The notes under the pieces are model-generated. The model was not told the origin of the DNA and searched no databases. It saw nothing but the letters and a program-made list of their open reading frames with translations. A stretch of 62,082 nt of DNA from Parvularia atlantis (taxonomy: Eukaryota): positions 1 to 62,082 of the forward strand of contig CALSCO010001421.1 of the NCBI GenBank assembly GCA_943704415.1, written 5' to 3'. Positions 21,648 through 33,900 of the stretch are shown here, in pieces (position 1 is the stretch's first letter; the number at the start of each line of letters is the position of its first letter). A program made the translations under genes and the position numbers.

Positions 21648-24478
21648 CTACGCGCCGCCCCCGCTCGCGCTCGCGCGCACAAACTGGATGATGCGGTCGA
21701 TCGCCGCGTCCATGTACTCGTGCGACCAGTTGACGGCGTTGTTCGATACGACCGCGCGGATGTCCGCCGGCAGCTTGTCGGCCGCGGGCCACTCAAAATC
21801 GAACGCAACGGGAATGATGGGCTTGCGCGCGACAAGTGCCGTGGCGATCTCGCAGCGCATCCTGCGCCACCAAGGGGACGGCGGTGAGGTTGCGCTGCTG
21901 CACCGGTTGCGTTTGTGCGCACCAGTCGGTCTCGTCAGCACCTGTGGCGCTAATGCACCGGTCGAGGGCACCCTTGGTCAGGACGAGGACGAGGCAGCGC
22001 GACGCGTGCAGCTTCTGCACAAGTCTCTGCGAGCGCACGTGCGCACATCAATCAGCGACTGCCGCGGCACGCCACGCCGCGGACCGTGTCAAAGGCGCCT
22101 GTGCGAGCGCCGAGTGTGAGGGACGCGTAGCGGCGATCAATGCGCCGCGCGCACGCACCCGCGCCGAGCTCGTCCACGTCCAGGAACACGCTCATGCTGG
22201 CGAAGCGCAGGTGCACCTTGATGAGTTGCGCTAGCTGCGACCCGTTCGAGCGTCGGTACGAGACGAAGACGTCGTACGCGTGCTGCGGCGCGGCAGGTCC
22301 GACTATGCGCGGCACGGCGGCCGACGCTGCGGCCTTGCCCGCGCCGTCCTGCGCCGCCGCGGCCTCGAGCTCGGCGACCGCGCGCAGGATGCGCTTGCGG
22401 TGCATGGGGTTGGCGACGCCAAGCTTGACCAGGTCCTCGTCCGTCTGCGCGCGGCCGCATTAGCCCGCCCCATCAGCCCACCCACTGACGCGAACACACG
22501 CACCGTGTCTAGCAGCAGGTCGCCGTCCACCCAGCCGTTCTGGAACAGCGACGCGTACGTCGAGAAGCGCTGCTCGGCGGCCCACGCGGCGACGTCGTCC
22601 TCAGACCACTGCCGCAGCGGCCGGCCCAGCGCGCTCGCGCCGCCCTTGCTGCCGCCGCCGTTGAAAGTCGGCACGTGCAGGTCGAGCCGGCGCAGGCACT
22701 GCACGCCCAGCCGGTACAGCCACACGTCCGGCGCGAGGCACAGACTCGTGATGGCCCGGAGCATGTCCGGCTGCATCAGCAGAGCGCGCGTCTCGGGTAC
22801 CTGCCGCACCCGCAGTGCGTAAGCCGCCGCCTGCCGCTCGTGCAAGGCAGCCGCGCACCTTCTCGATCGTGACGCAACACGCGAGCGCCTGCCAGCCACC
22901 AGACAGGCGCACAATCGGGTCGCGCTCGGCGCTCAGGAGCTCGCGCAGGTACTCGATCGTCTGGGCGCGATCAGCACAGCAAAGCACGCCCGCACACAGA
23001 CAGCTCCGTCACACCTGCGCGCGGTATCGCGTCGTCTCCGAGAAGAACATAACGTCGTAGCCGTGGAAGAAACGCTCGACGTCCTGCGGTGTGCGGCGCG
23101 TCAGCGACAACGTGCCCGCGGAAACGCCCTGACGCCACACCTCAAGCGCGCCCGACTGATCCACGACGGCGCGGTTCGCGGGTGAGCCCTCGCGCAGGTC
23201 GACGATGAGGCACGCGGCCAGGAAGGCGATCGACTGCACGTGACCGGTGAGCGGGGCCAGCACGGACGGGGCGGACAGAGTGTGCGCACCGAGTCAGCCG
23301 CGGCCACGAGCGGGATGAGCCACTCGTGCGCCTTGAGCTGCACAAGCCTCGCGGCGCACTTGTGGTTGGCCGAGAACGTCTTGAGGGCGATGAGCGCGCG
23401 CCGGTTGAGCTGCTCGTTCAGGTCGCGGCACGCCCCGACCAGGCCCTCGAGCACGTCCGGCACGGCCACGCGCTCAAACAGGCGCGACTCAAGCGCCACA
23501 TGGTGCAGCACACCCACGACCGCCGTGCGGCCGTAGTCCTTGCCGCGCTGCTTGAGGATGCGCGCAAAAGTCTCGACGCCGCCGGCGCTCACGAAGCTGC
23601 GGCGCGGGGGCCGTGGGCCGTGAGCGCCGAGTGGGCAACGACGCTGCAACTGCGCACCTCTCGCGGCCCGTGTCGTTCTCGACCATGCTCCACAGAACCT
23701 TGGCGACGGGCGTGAGCAGCTGCTTGAGACGGTCATCCTTGAGCGCGGCGCCGTCGCCGCCACCGCCGAGCAGCTGGAGCAGGAGCGGGACAATGCCGGC
23801 CTTGGCGAGCGCGTCGAGGCGCTTGGTCGCGGGCGTGAGTGGGCGGTCGGCAAAGTTAGCCTGCGCCGGCGCCGGCTCAGCGGGCTGGCGGGCCGAGCGC
23901 GCACGACGTGCCTGGACCAGGTTGAGCAGGACCTTGAGGGTGGCGAGGACAATCTCGGTGCTGCCGGAGCGGAGCGCGGCGAGCAGCGCAGGGACGCTGC
24001 CGGGCGCGTTCACCAGTACGTCGCGCCTGCCGACGCCGCGGTGCTGAGCGGGCGATCGGGCCGCCGCACGCACACGCGCGCACCGCTCCGACTGCCGCGC
24101 AAAGTCGGCGTCGCTGAGCGGGCCGCCGGGCCACGCGGTTGTGCGCGCCATCGCCTGTACGGCCGCGACGCAGTCGGCGCCCCACTTGGCTGCACCAGCA
24201 AGCTCGATGAGCGTGCGCAGGGCCTTGTCCTCGTCGCCGCCGCCGCGGACTGGGCGTGGCGCGCCTGCGTCCATGGGCGCGGCCGCCGCAGCCTCGCTCT
24301 TTGTTGTGCCGCGTGTGAACTTGTTGAAGAGGCCGCGCGCGTTCTTGCGCGCGCCCGCAGACGCCGCCGCTGCTGCTGCCGCCGGCGCCCCATGCAGCGC
24401 CGTTAGCATCCCCGCGCTGGCCGCGCCCTCGGCGTCCGCGGCGCTCTCCGCGACGGTGTGCGTCGATGGCCTGTTCAT
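21648..24478 (-). CDS. SARM1: SARM1-like ARM-SAM-TIR protein (predicted NAD+ hydrolase)
   Basis: ARM region with KAHEWLIPL and SGALEDVE. SAM WSEDDVAAW...VDGDLLL...HRKRILR. TIR YDVFVSYRRSNGSQLAQLIKVHL...VFLDVDELGAGAFD...LVLVLTKGALDRC...DWMRCEIATAL...PIIPV...FEWP...LPADIRAV...WSHEYMDAAIDRIIQF. Confidence 0.9.
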
Positions 24479-24845
24479 TGGTACAAACACTTAGTATTGT
24501 ATGACTGATGCTGCTGTGCGCGCTGTGCGCGCTGTGGACGCCGTGTCGCGGTAGGGCAGACCGCGTGCGGCGCTGTGAAGGCAGGCGCGCGGCGCGGGGG
24601 GTGCGCGCGAGCGGTGCGCGGCGCGCATCTGCTCGGCCGAGGCCTCGCTCTGCGCACGGTGCCTCAACGCCCGCGCCCGGCCCGCGGAGCGCGCCGCACT
24701 CGCAACCACCGGCCAACACCCGTGCGCGCAACAGCCAGAGCCGCGCACACGCCCGCGCGCCCGCACCGACCCTATGATCATGTGACGAGCAAACATTGCC
24801 GCGAGTCGGAACTAGGCTGACCGAGTCTCACACCGCTAGCTGGGC

Positions 24846-26567
24846 TCACGAGCGGTAGTCGGCGTTGATCTTGACGTAGTCGACCTGGCCGCGACGCGCG
24901 TGAGCCGCGGGCGCTCGAAGTGCGAGCGCGCCCCGCACAGAAAAGTCGCACGTCCACATGGTCGTGCTGACGCTGCCGAGGCCGAGGTCGATGCGCACCG
25001 AGATGTCCCGCTCCTTGAGGATTGCGCTGGCACGCGCCTCGTCCGTGTCGAACGGGACGCCGTTGCGCACAAGCTGCAGCTCGTCCGTGCCGGCCTCGCC
25101 CTTGCCGAAGAAGAGGTTGAACCTGTGCGTGCACGGCGTGGCTCAGTGTAGGCACATGCGGCGGGGGGAGGGGGGGAGCCGCGGCGCACTTGGTCGGGTC
25201 GACGGGCACGCCGCTGTAGCCGACGGCGCAGAGGATGCGGCCCCAGTTGGCGTCCTGGCCGTAGAACGCCGTCTTGACCAGGCTTGAGCGGCAGACGGTC
25301 GCGCCGATCTGCTTGGCCTCGGCGAGCGAGCGCGCGTTCTGCACGGTGCGTCAGGCATTGTACCGCGCGTTTGCACGACGCACCTGCACGCGCACGGTGA
25401 CAAACTTGGTCGCGCCCTCACCGTCGCGCACGAGCAGCTTGGCCAGGTCGGTCATCGTGCCTTGCAGCGCCTCCTGGAAGCGCGGAAAGTCAGGCGAGGT
25501 CTCGGTGACGGCCTTGTTGCCTGCAGTGCCCGCGTCACATATGAGGGCTCGCTTGCACGGCCACCACGCGCGTGAGAGCGCACCGGCGAGGCCGTTGGCA
25601 AGCACGACGGCCGAATCGTTCGTGGACGAGTCGCCGTCGACCGAGATCGCGTTGAACGAGCGCTCGGCGCCATGCGTCAGAGCGCGCTGCAGCCCGCCCG
25701 GCGTGACATTGCAGTCGGTCGCCAGGACGCAGAGCATCGTCGCGAGGTTGGGCGCGATCATGCCCGCGCCCTTGGCGATGCCCGTGATCGTGAAGCTGGC
25801 GCATCTAGCTGTGAGACGCGTATGTCGCCGCACGAGCCACGCACGGGTTGCCCTCGGCCGTCTTGTATGTGCGCGAGAGGAGCTTGGGCACGGTGTCGGT
25901 GGTCATGATCGCGCGCGAGACGTGCGACCAGTTGCTCGGGTCCAGCTGGTTCGCCGCGCTGCGCGTGAGATAGGCGCCCGCACATGGCGCCGCACGAGAC
26001 CTGCTTAGCCGCCTGCTCGATCCCCGCCGAGATCTTGTGCATCGGCAAGAACGGCCCGATTACCCCCGTCGACATCACGAGCGAGCGGCCCAGGCCGAGA
26101 CGGTGCACGTGGTCGACCATCGCCTGCCGCCCCGCCCCGCCACCGCGTCAGCCGTCCCATCGGCTGCTGCCCACGGCGGCGCCCCGCACCTGCGCGTCCG
26201 CGAGGCCCTGGTCGGCCGTGCACGCGTTGGCGCAGCCGCTGTTGATCACGACGGACGAGAGGCTGGTCGGGAACTCGCGCAGCATGCGCTGCGACACCTG
26301 CACCGGCGCGGCACGGAAGCTGTTCTGCGTGAAGACGCCGGCGGCGGCGCTGCGCGTGTGCGCGCTCGGGGGGTCGGCATCGCTGTCAGCGCGTACGCGC
26401 ATGGATCGCGCACCAGGGCGCGTCGGACGTGATCAAGGCCAGGTCGAGCACGCCCTGCGCTGCGCCGTCAGCGGAGAGGCTCCCGCACCCCCACCCCTTC
26501 GACGCACCGGCTTCTTCTTGACGCCGGCCGCGACCGCAGCCGCACGGAAACCACGCGCTGCTGCCAT
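24846..26567 (-). CDS. argJ: Ornithine acetyltransferase / glutamate N-acetyltransferase ArgJ (Arg7)
   Basis: [61 protein letters not shown] (autoproteolytic Thr), [43 protein letters not shown]. Confidence 0.95.
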
Positions 26568-26606
26568 CGGATCAGCCCGGCTGTTGTCACGATTCGAGCC
26601 TCGACG

Positions 26607-27580
26607 ATGTACAGCCGCGGTAGTGCGTCCACGGCCGTCAAGCGGCTCATGACCGAGTACAAGGGTGCGTGGCGCTGTGCGGCGCAGCACGGGCGTGGTG
26701 TGGCGCGGGCGTGTGCCCCGGTGGACGTCGGACGCGCGGCGGCGAGGAGTGCCGGTCACGTGTGTCCTGCCTGACCTTGACGCGCCACGCGCCGCCGTGG
26801 TCGCCTCAGCTCTCGTCACGAACCCGCCCGACGGCATCTCGGCCGGGCCGATCAGCGAAGACAACTTCCTCGAGTGGGAGGCGCTGATTAGGTGCGGTGG
26901 CCGCATGCGCGCGCGAAAGGCAAGGCGATGACGTCGCACGCAACGCGCACGCACACGACGCGCAGCGGGCCCGAGGGCACCGTGTACGAGGGCGGCATGT
27001 TCCCGGCCGTGGTCTCGTTCCCGAAGGACTACCCGCTGAGCCCGCCGCAGATGCGCTTCACGTGCGACATGTTCCACCCGAACAGTGCGCACGCCACCGC
27101 CGCGCCACCGCCGCGCCTGCGCCGCGCGCCCAGTGACACCGCCGCCGCCGCCGCGCAGTCTACCCGGACGGCCGCGTGTGCATCTCGATCCTGCACCCGC
27201 CCGGCGACGACCCGCTCAACTATGAGAACAGGTGGGTGGCCGTGGCACAAGCGCGGCGTCGCCTGAGGCGCACGTGCGCGCAGCTCGGAGCGATGGAGCC
27301 CCGTGCAGTCGGTCGAGAAGATCCTGCTGTCGGTCGTGAGCATGCTGGCAGGTGCGCGCGTACGCCCGCCGCGCCGATCTGTCGATCCGCTTACAGCCGC
27401 ACGCGCAGAACCGAACGACGAGAGCGGCGCCAACATCGAGGCCTCGGTGCGCGACCGCCGGGCCGGGCCGCGTGTGCCCGGCGGCTGACCATCGCCGCGT
27501 CGCAGAAAATGTGGCGCACGGACCGCGCGCAGTACAACCGCATCGTCCAGGCCACCGTTCGCAAGACGCTGGGCTTGTGA
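26607..27580 (+). CDS. UBC7: Ubiquitin-conjugating enzyme Ubc7/UBE2G2
   Basis: [65 protein letters not shown] (acidic loop), [27 protein letters not shown]. Confidence 0.95.
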
Positions 27581-27628
27581 AAGTGTGTGTACGTATGTGC
27601 GACCTTCACGTGCCGTCGCGAGCGACTT

Positions 27629-30600
27629 TCAAGGACAGCTGAAGTCCCACGTACTTTTCCATTTGAGCTCGCGGCACTGCTCGGCGTTGAGCGGCGCGCC
27701 CACCGAGAGCGGTCTGCGCACGGCCGCGGATCAGCACGCGCGCGCACACACGCATGCCGTCCAAGCACACCTAAACTGCCGGTAGGCCCACGCGGCGACG
27801 AGCACGACGGCCAGCGCCAGGGTCCAGCGCAGGACCATCTCAAGCGGCGTCGCCTGCGTGCACGGCGCGCTGAGCAAACGCCGGCGGCTCGCGCGGCTGA
27901 CGCACGACCGACTCGTCGTCGTCTTCTGCGACCGGGTCGTCGTCGTCCTTGCGGTGCCGCGGGCGCACGCGCTGCCAGCGCAGGAAGAGGTCGGGCACGA
28001 CGCGCACGATGAGGTCAAACGCCACGCCCACAAGCATGATGCTAAACACGAGCGCCGGCAGGTAGTGGTGCAGGAACAGCTGCGCATGCACGTGTGCTAA
28101 ATCAGCGCTCTGTGTCGGCGCCGCAACAGCGACGAGGTGCACCTGCCGCTCAAACATGAAGAACCCGCCCCAGTGCACGAGCCACGCGCCCAGGACGAAC
28201 ACGGCCGCCCGCTCGACGCTGGCCAGCTCGCGCGTAATGCCGATCATCTGCGAGCCGCTCAGCACCGATGAGCGCCGGCTGCAGCGCTGACCTGGCGGTT
28301 CCGCGCCGTCCACAGCAGCGCCAAGCCGACCACGAGCACGGGCACGCTCAGCAGCGCCATGCGCCACACGAGCGGGTTGCCCAGCAGGTACACCTGGCAC
28401 AGCTCGCCCGCTGCGCCCGGCCGGCTCCAGTACAGGATGCCTGCGCGGCGTGTACGAAGCTCGGCTTCTGGTGCAAGCGGCAGACACACGCGCGGCGCAC
28501 CGCGATTGAGCAGCGGCCACTGCAGCGGCTGCGAGCGAAATGGATGCTCCGTGTCGAACAGATCGTTGCCCTCGACCATCGTCTGGTGCAGCTCGACCTG
28601 CGGCGGCGCACGCGTCTCTATCGCCACGCTTGCCCACGCAGCGCACGCACGAGCTTCTCGAGGAACGACGGCGCGACGTACTTGGCGCGCGGCGCAGACG
28701 GCGGTGCTGACGGGCAAACGCACGCATCAGCGTCTGCGGCTTGGCGCACGGCGCGCACACACCGTCAGGGTTGATGTGCTGCTCGATCGAAAAGTGCGTC
28801 TGCACGCTGTCGGAGAACGGCAGCTTCTGGTTGATGCACGCGACCTCTTGCTGACCAAAGCCCCTGCAAGCGCGCCGGCCGCGTCAGCGCGCGCCGCCAG
28901 AGCGAAGACGACAACGCCACCAGGTCTTGGGCAGGTTGACGCCGCGCTTGGAATACAGTACGCAGTTGTGCGGGATGTGCACCAGCTGGAACACCGTCGC
29001 CAGGGCCTGCAGGCGGTCGCGGCGCTCGGCTGCGCTCCCGTGCAACGGCTCAGACGGCGCAGCGGGCGACGCACGCCGCGCACCCGCGCCCTGGTGCACA
29101 AACTGCACACGCCACAGGTCGCTCCCGTCGTAGGTCGAGTTGGCAGGATCCTGCGGCAGCGTGCTCACCTCGATAAAGTTGGGCGTGACGTGCGCCTGCC
29201 GCCGGCGGGTGAGGGTGCAGTCGCGCGCTCACCGGGCCGCGTACCTTGGTGTCCTTGAAGATGCTCAGGAACTTGCCCGTCGCGCGGTGCTGCAGCCGGA
29301 TGATCTGCTTGTCGGCAATGAAGCGCGCGCCCGTGACAAAGTCGTGCGCCTGGTAGTCGCTCGCGCGGCTCGACGGCAGCACGCGCCACCAGTTGTTGTC
29401 GTCCATGTGCGAGTACAGCGTGACCTGCTGCCGCGTCGTGCCCGGGTACGTCTGTACGTGCGAGTGCAAGAACGCCTCGCCGGAGGCCTCGTGGCGCATG
29501 GCAATGTTGGACGCCTGCGTGATGTCTGGCCACGGGCGTCACTGCGCGTCGCCGCGCCGTGCCGGTGCGCACCGGCAAACATTTGCGGCATGTCACCCAA
29601 GTTCGCGTCGAGCTCGTGGCGGAAGCGCGTGCTCATCATCGGCGAGCCGGGCCCCGGGTAGATGAGGATCTGCGCTGCAGCTCAGTGCGCGCAAACGCCG
29701 CCTGCTCGCGCGGCGGCGCACCGACAGGTGCACGTAGAACAGCGCCGCGTAGATCGCAAGCGGCAGCACGATCAGGCACAGCGCGCGCGCGGCAAAGTGC
29801 TGCGCAAAGCGGCGCTGCAGTGGCGTTCCGGTGGCGTCAGCGACGACGTGTGCGCCGGCGGGCACGCAGGACCGGCGTGACGCTCGCGTCGGTTAGCAGC
29901 TCCCATAGCTCGCGCACGGTCGACATGCCGACGACCGCGACGGTAAACAGGCCGACGAGCTTGACGCTGCCGCGGCGCAATGTGAGCCATCTGACGTCGC
30001 TGCGGTCGGCACCGGTGCACACCTAGCCGAGAACGACAAGAAGACGCCCGTCAGCGCCAGCAACGCCCACCACGGCCGCGAGAACGGCCTGGGCGGGTGT
30101 GAGCGCCGTGTCGGCCGGTCAGGGGGGGGGGGGGGCATCGCACCGCGAGCGCTGCGCCAGGAACTGCGACCAGCAGCACACGGCCGCGACCATGAAGCAC
30201 ACGAGCGGCGCGTCGAGCAGGATGTAGTGCCCCTGCGTCTCCATCGCGTTCTCTGGCGGCGCGCGGGCGCACGAAGCAACGTCAACCAAGCACGCCAGCC
30301 CGCGCACGCACGCACGGGGGGCGCACCGACGAGCGCCAGGAGGGCGGCCATCGTTGCGGCCGCGTGCGAGATGCCAAAGCCGACGAGTGTGAGGTACACG
30401 GCCGGCACGACGAGCGCGCCGCAGACGACCGCCACGGCGCTGCCCACGCGACCGCTGTGAGCACGCGTGCACACGCACGCACACGAGCGGGTCGGAGCCG
30501 CGCACCGCATCGCGACGTAGGGCACCTCGGGCGGGTACGGCTGCGCGATGTTGGCGAAGCGGAAGGCGCCGTCGTAGCCGCCAAGGTAGCCGGCCGCGGT

Positions 30601-30940
30601 GAAGAGCAGCTTGCCGAGGGGCGGGTGCACGTCGAAAAAGAACGTGCGGTTGACGTACAGGCCCGCGAAGCCGCCAAAGTGCACCTCGTCGAAGCTGCGG
30701 CGGCGCGGCGCCGGTGTCAGCACACAACGCACCGACCGACAGCGGCCGACGCGGAACGCACACGACCTCGGGCGGCTGCGCGACGTCGCCCAGGCGCAGC
30801 GCCAGCGCCGTCACGAGCAGCGCGAGGCTGATGCCGACCGGCACAAGCGCGGCCACGCGGCGCCGCGAGCGCGCGCGCAGCTCCTCGGCCGCGGCGGTGC
30901 GCTGGACGTCCAGGGTCGGCGCGGCTCGCAGTCGAGCCAT
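27629..30940 (-). CDS. PMT: Dolichyl-phosphate-mannose:protein O-mannosyltransferase (PMT/POMT)
   Basis: VVFDEVHFGGFA, FFDVHPPLGKL, SVKLVGLF, MIR domains (LHSHVQTYP, QQVTLYSHMDDNNWW), WPLLNRGI, VYLLGNP, RQLFLHHYLPAL, LKWKSTWDF. Confidence 0.93.
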
Positions 30941-30986
30941 CGTGGCAGCGTGTCACAGTTCGAGAAGCTTCCGCTGGCCAAGTGCG

Positions 30987-33900
30987 ATGTCTGCCGCGTC
31001 GTCGACCGCCGCGGGCCAGGCGCAGACGCCGGCGTTTGTCGGCAACCTGGTGGCGATCGGCAGCCGCGCGCTCACACTGCAGGCGCGCAAGGTCAACCAG
31101 GTCGCGCTCAAGCAGAACCTGGTGGAGAACGTCGGCAAGTGCGTTGCAGCGCGCTGCGCCGACGCGACTCCGTGCGGGGCGGGGCGGGGGCGCTCACCGG
31201 GCGCACAACACGGCGGCGCGACGCCACAGGATCTTCGGCAACAAGCTCAAGTGGAGCGAGTTTGTGGTCGAGCACATGAAGGAGGAGCACAGCGTGATCC
31301 GCGAGAAGGTCGTCAAGGTGCGCGCGCGCGGGGGATGGGGCCGTTGCGGCGTTTCGTGCGTCGCCAGGCGCTGACTGACGCACACGCGCGTGCGCTCAGG
31401 CCAAGCAGGCCTTCCAGGACAGCTACGACGGCCTGCTCAAGGGCGCCACGGCCGACCAGGACGCAGCCACGTTCTTCGCCAACTTCCTCGCGGGGCTGCG
31501 CCTGTTTGCGTCCAAGTGGTGTGCACCATGCACGCAACAGACACCCTCACACGCTCACACGCGCGCGCGCCCGCAGCTGCTTCGTGCACGAGACCGCGCG
31601 CTACGCCTACGTCGAGTGCGTCGAGACCGACCTCAAGCTCATGACGCGCTCGCTGCTGCTCTGCCGCGAGTCGATGAGCTCCAAGAACATGCTCGTGGAG
31701 AAGTTTGAGCTCGCGACGGTCGTTATCGCGCGCCTGGCCGAGACGTGCAGGTGCGTGCGCGCGCCGGTGCCGTGGTCGCGGGCGGCAGACCAACGAGCGG
31801 CCCGCGCCAGCCTCGTCGCCGCGCAAAGCACAACGTCCGAGCAGACGTCCAAGTCGCTGAACGGGCACTTTGACCACCTAAACGACCTCAATGAGCTGCT
31901 GGTGCGCCCGCGGCGGCGTGGGCGCGGGCGTGGGCATGCCCGCTCACACGCACGCGCGTGCAGGCCAACCGCATCAACGTCTACATTACGTCGCCGTCCG
32001 AGAGCGAGAAGGAGCACGGCTTCGCGGTCATCCGCACAATCCAGGTGCGTGCGCGCGTCGGCGGCCCGGCGCAAGCGGCACTCCATGGACGCCGCGCGCG
32101 CACAGGAGCTCGAGTCAATCGTCGAGGAGATCTTTGTGATGATGAACGAGGAGCGCGCGCTGATCCGGCGGCAGGACTTCTTCACCGAGTTCACCAAGCA
32201 GCTCGATGCGACGGTGGTGCGTGGTGGCGCGTGGCGGCCCCAAAAGCCACGCGCCTCACGGCCGCCCGCACGCAGATCCATAAGGAGATCCAGGCAGAGG
32301 CGCACCTCGGCGAGATCGAGCACATCCGCGAGCGCGGCGCCGTCAAGCGCCTCGAGATGCTCGAGGCCAAGACCGGCCAGAAGACGCCCGAGGCGCTGCA
32401 GAAGCTGGCCGTCGAGACCGACACGCTCGGCGAGACGATCGAGAACATCTACTACGCCATGTCGGACAGGTGCGTGCGCCATGCGACACCTTGGCGGGCC
32501 GAGCACTCACGCCGAGCGCTCACGCGTCACACAGTGATGCGATGGACCTGCGCTCGGTTGTGGCCGAGGCGCCCAATGTGATCAAGCAGATGGCGGAGGA
32601 GGCGCAGAAGGTCATCCGCGAGGAGGTCGGCAAGCAGACTGCAGCGACCAAGCAGGCCAAGACCGGTGCGTTGCCGCGTGCGAGGGGCGCGCGCGCGCCC
32701 CACCGACAGCTCGAGCCAGGGCTGACGAGCGAGACCACCGAGCTTGATACGCTCTCCAAGGAGGTGCAGGACCTCGCCAAGGGCCAGGTCAAGGCCGAGG
32801 CGATCGTCACGCGGCGGAAGAGGCGCGCGGCCCGCCCAGCTGGACCGTGCGCGGCTGACGTGCTAGCCGCTCGCGCGCAGCCTCAACACGATCATCAACC
32901 GTTCGCTCAGCCATCTCGACCCGAAGACGGAGCTGCTGCTCGGTCTCGGCGACGCGCAGAAGACGAGCAAGTGCGTCCCCGTTGGTGGCGGTGGTGTGCG
33001 CGCGCGTCTGACCGGCTGCGCTCGCGTTTCCAGGCTCAAGTCGCAGCTCAAAGACCGCATCAACGTCCAAGACGTATTCAGCGCGGACAAGTCCGACAAG
33101 GCCGCGCAGGAGGAGGCGCGGCGGCTGAGCAAGGCTGTGGACGACGTGCGGCACGACCTGACCGAGTACACGGCCGGGTTGGACCAGGCAAGGCCGTCGC
33201 ACGCTGCCTGTGCCGGGCGCCGCCGTGCTGATTGAACGCGTGGAGCACAGGATGCGGCGAGAAACCAGAAGATGCTCGCCGACCTGGACAAGGACATCGC
33301 TGCGCAGGTCGAGCAGGTCAGCAACCGGCTGATCGACGCGGCCAACGCGGCGCTCGCCGAGGGTGAGCCGCGCAAGCTGCCTTTGCTCGCGTGCTGACCC
33401 GCCCGCCGTCCAGGCCTGGACGACCGCAAGCGCCAGAGCCTGATCGAGGCGGTCGAGTCGGTCGAGACCTTTGCCGATATTGGCAGCGCGATGATGCCGC
33501 TGGCAGCCGAGGAGTCGTTCAACCCGGCCGAGGAGCCGCCGCCGCCGGCCGAGGACGTGCGCTGCCGCCTGGGGGCGCAGCACCCTGCTGTGCTGCTGCT
33601 GATGCGTGCGCAGGACCAGAGCCACATGATGAAGTTCAAGTACGACGAGCCGCCGCCGAGCTTTGTCATTACGCTCGACGTGGCCGGCCTGGACGGTGCG
33701 CATGTGCGCCACAGGACGTGCCCGCCGCTCACACCGCAGCGCCCGCGCCAGCCGAGACGCCGGTGACAGTGGAGGCCGCGGCAGCACCGGCGGCCATGCG
33801 CAAGGTGCTCAGCACCGAGGGGCCCGGGATGACGCGGCCCAAGCCGGTCGCCAAGGGCGACGACAAGTGCGTGCGCGCGTGGGCAGACAGACCCGTAAAA

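Noticed and set aside
19145..26567. SPX-deacylase, SARM1 and ArgJ as a functional gene cluster (acyl-glutamate/ornithine or defence)
   Set aside because: Adjacent genes across the window are functionally unrelated and everything is tightly packed, so adjacency carries little weight without synteny in other genomes.
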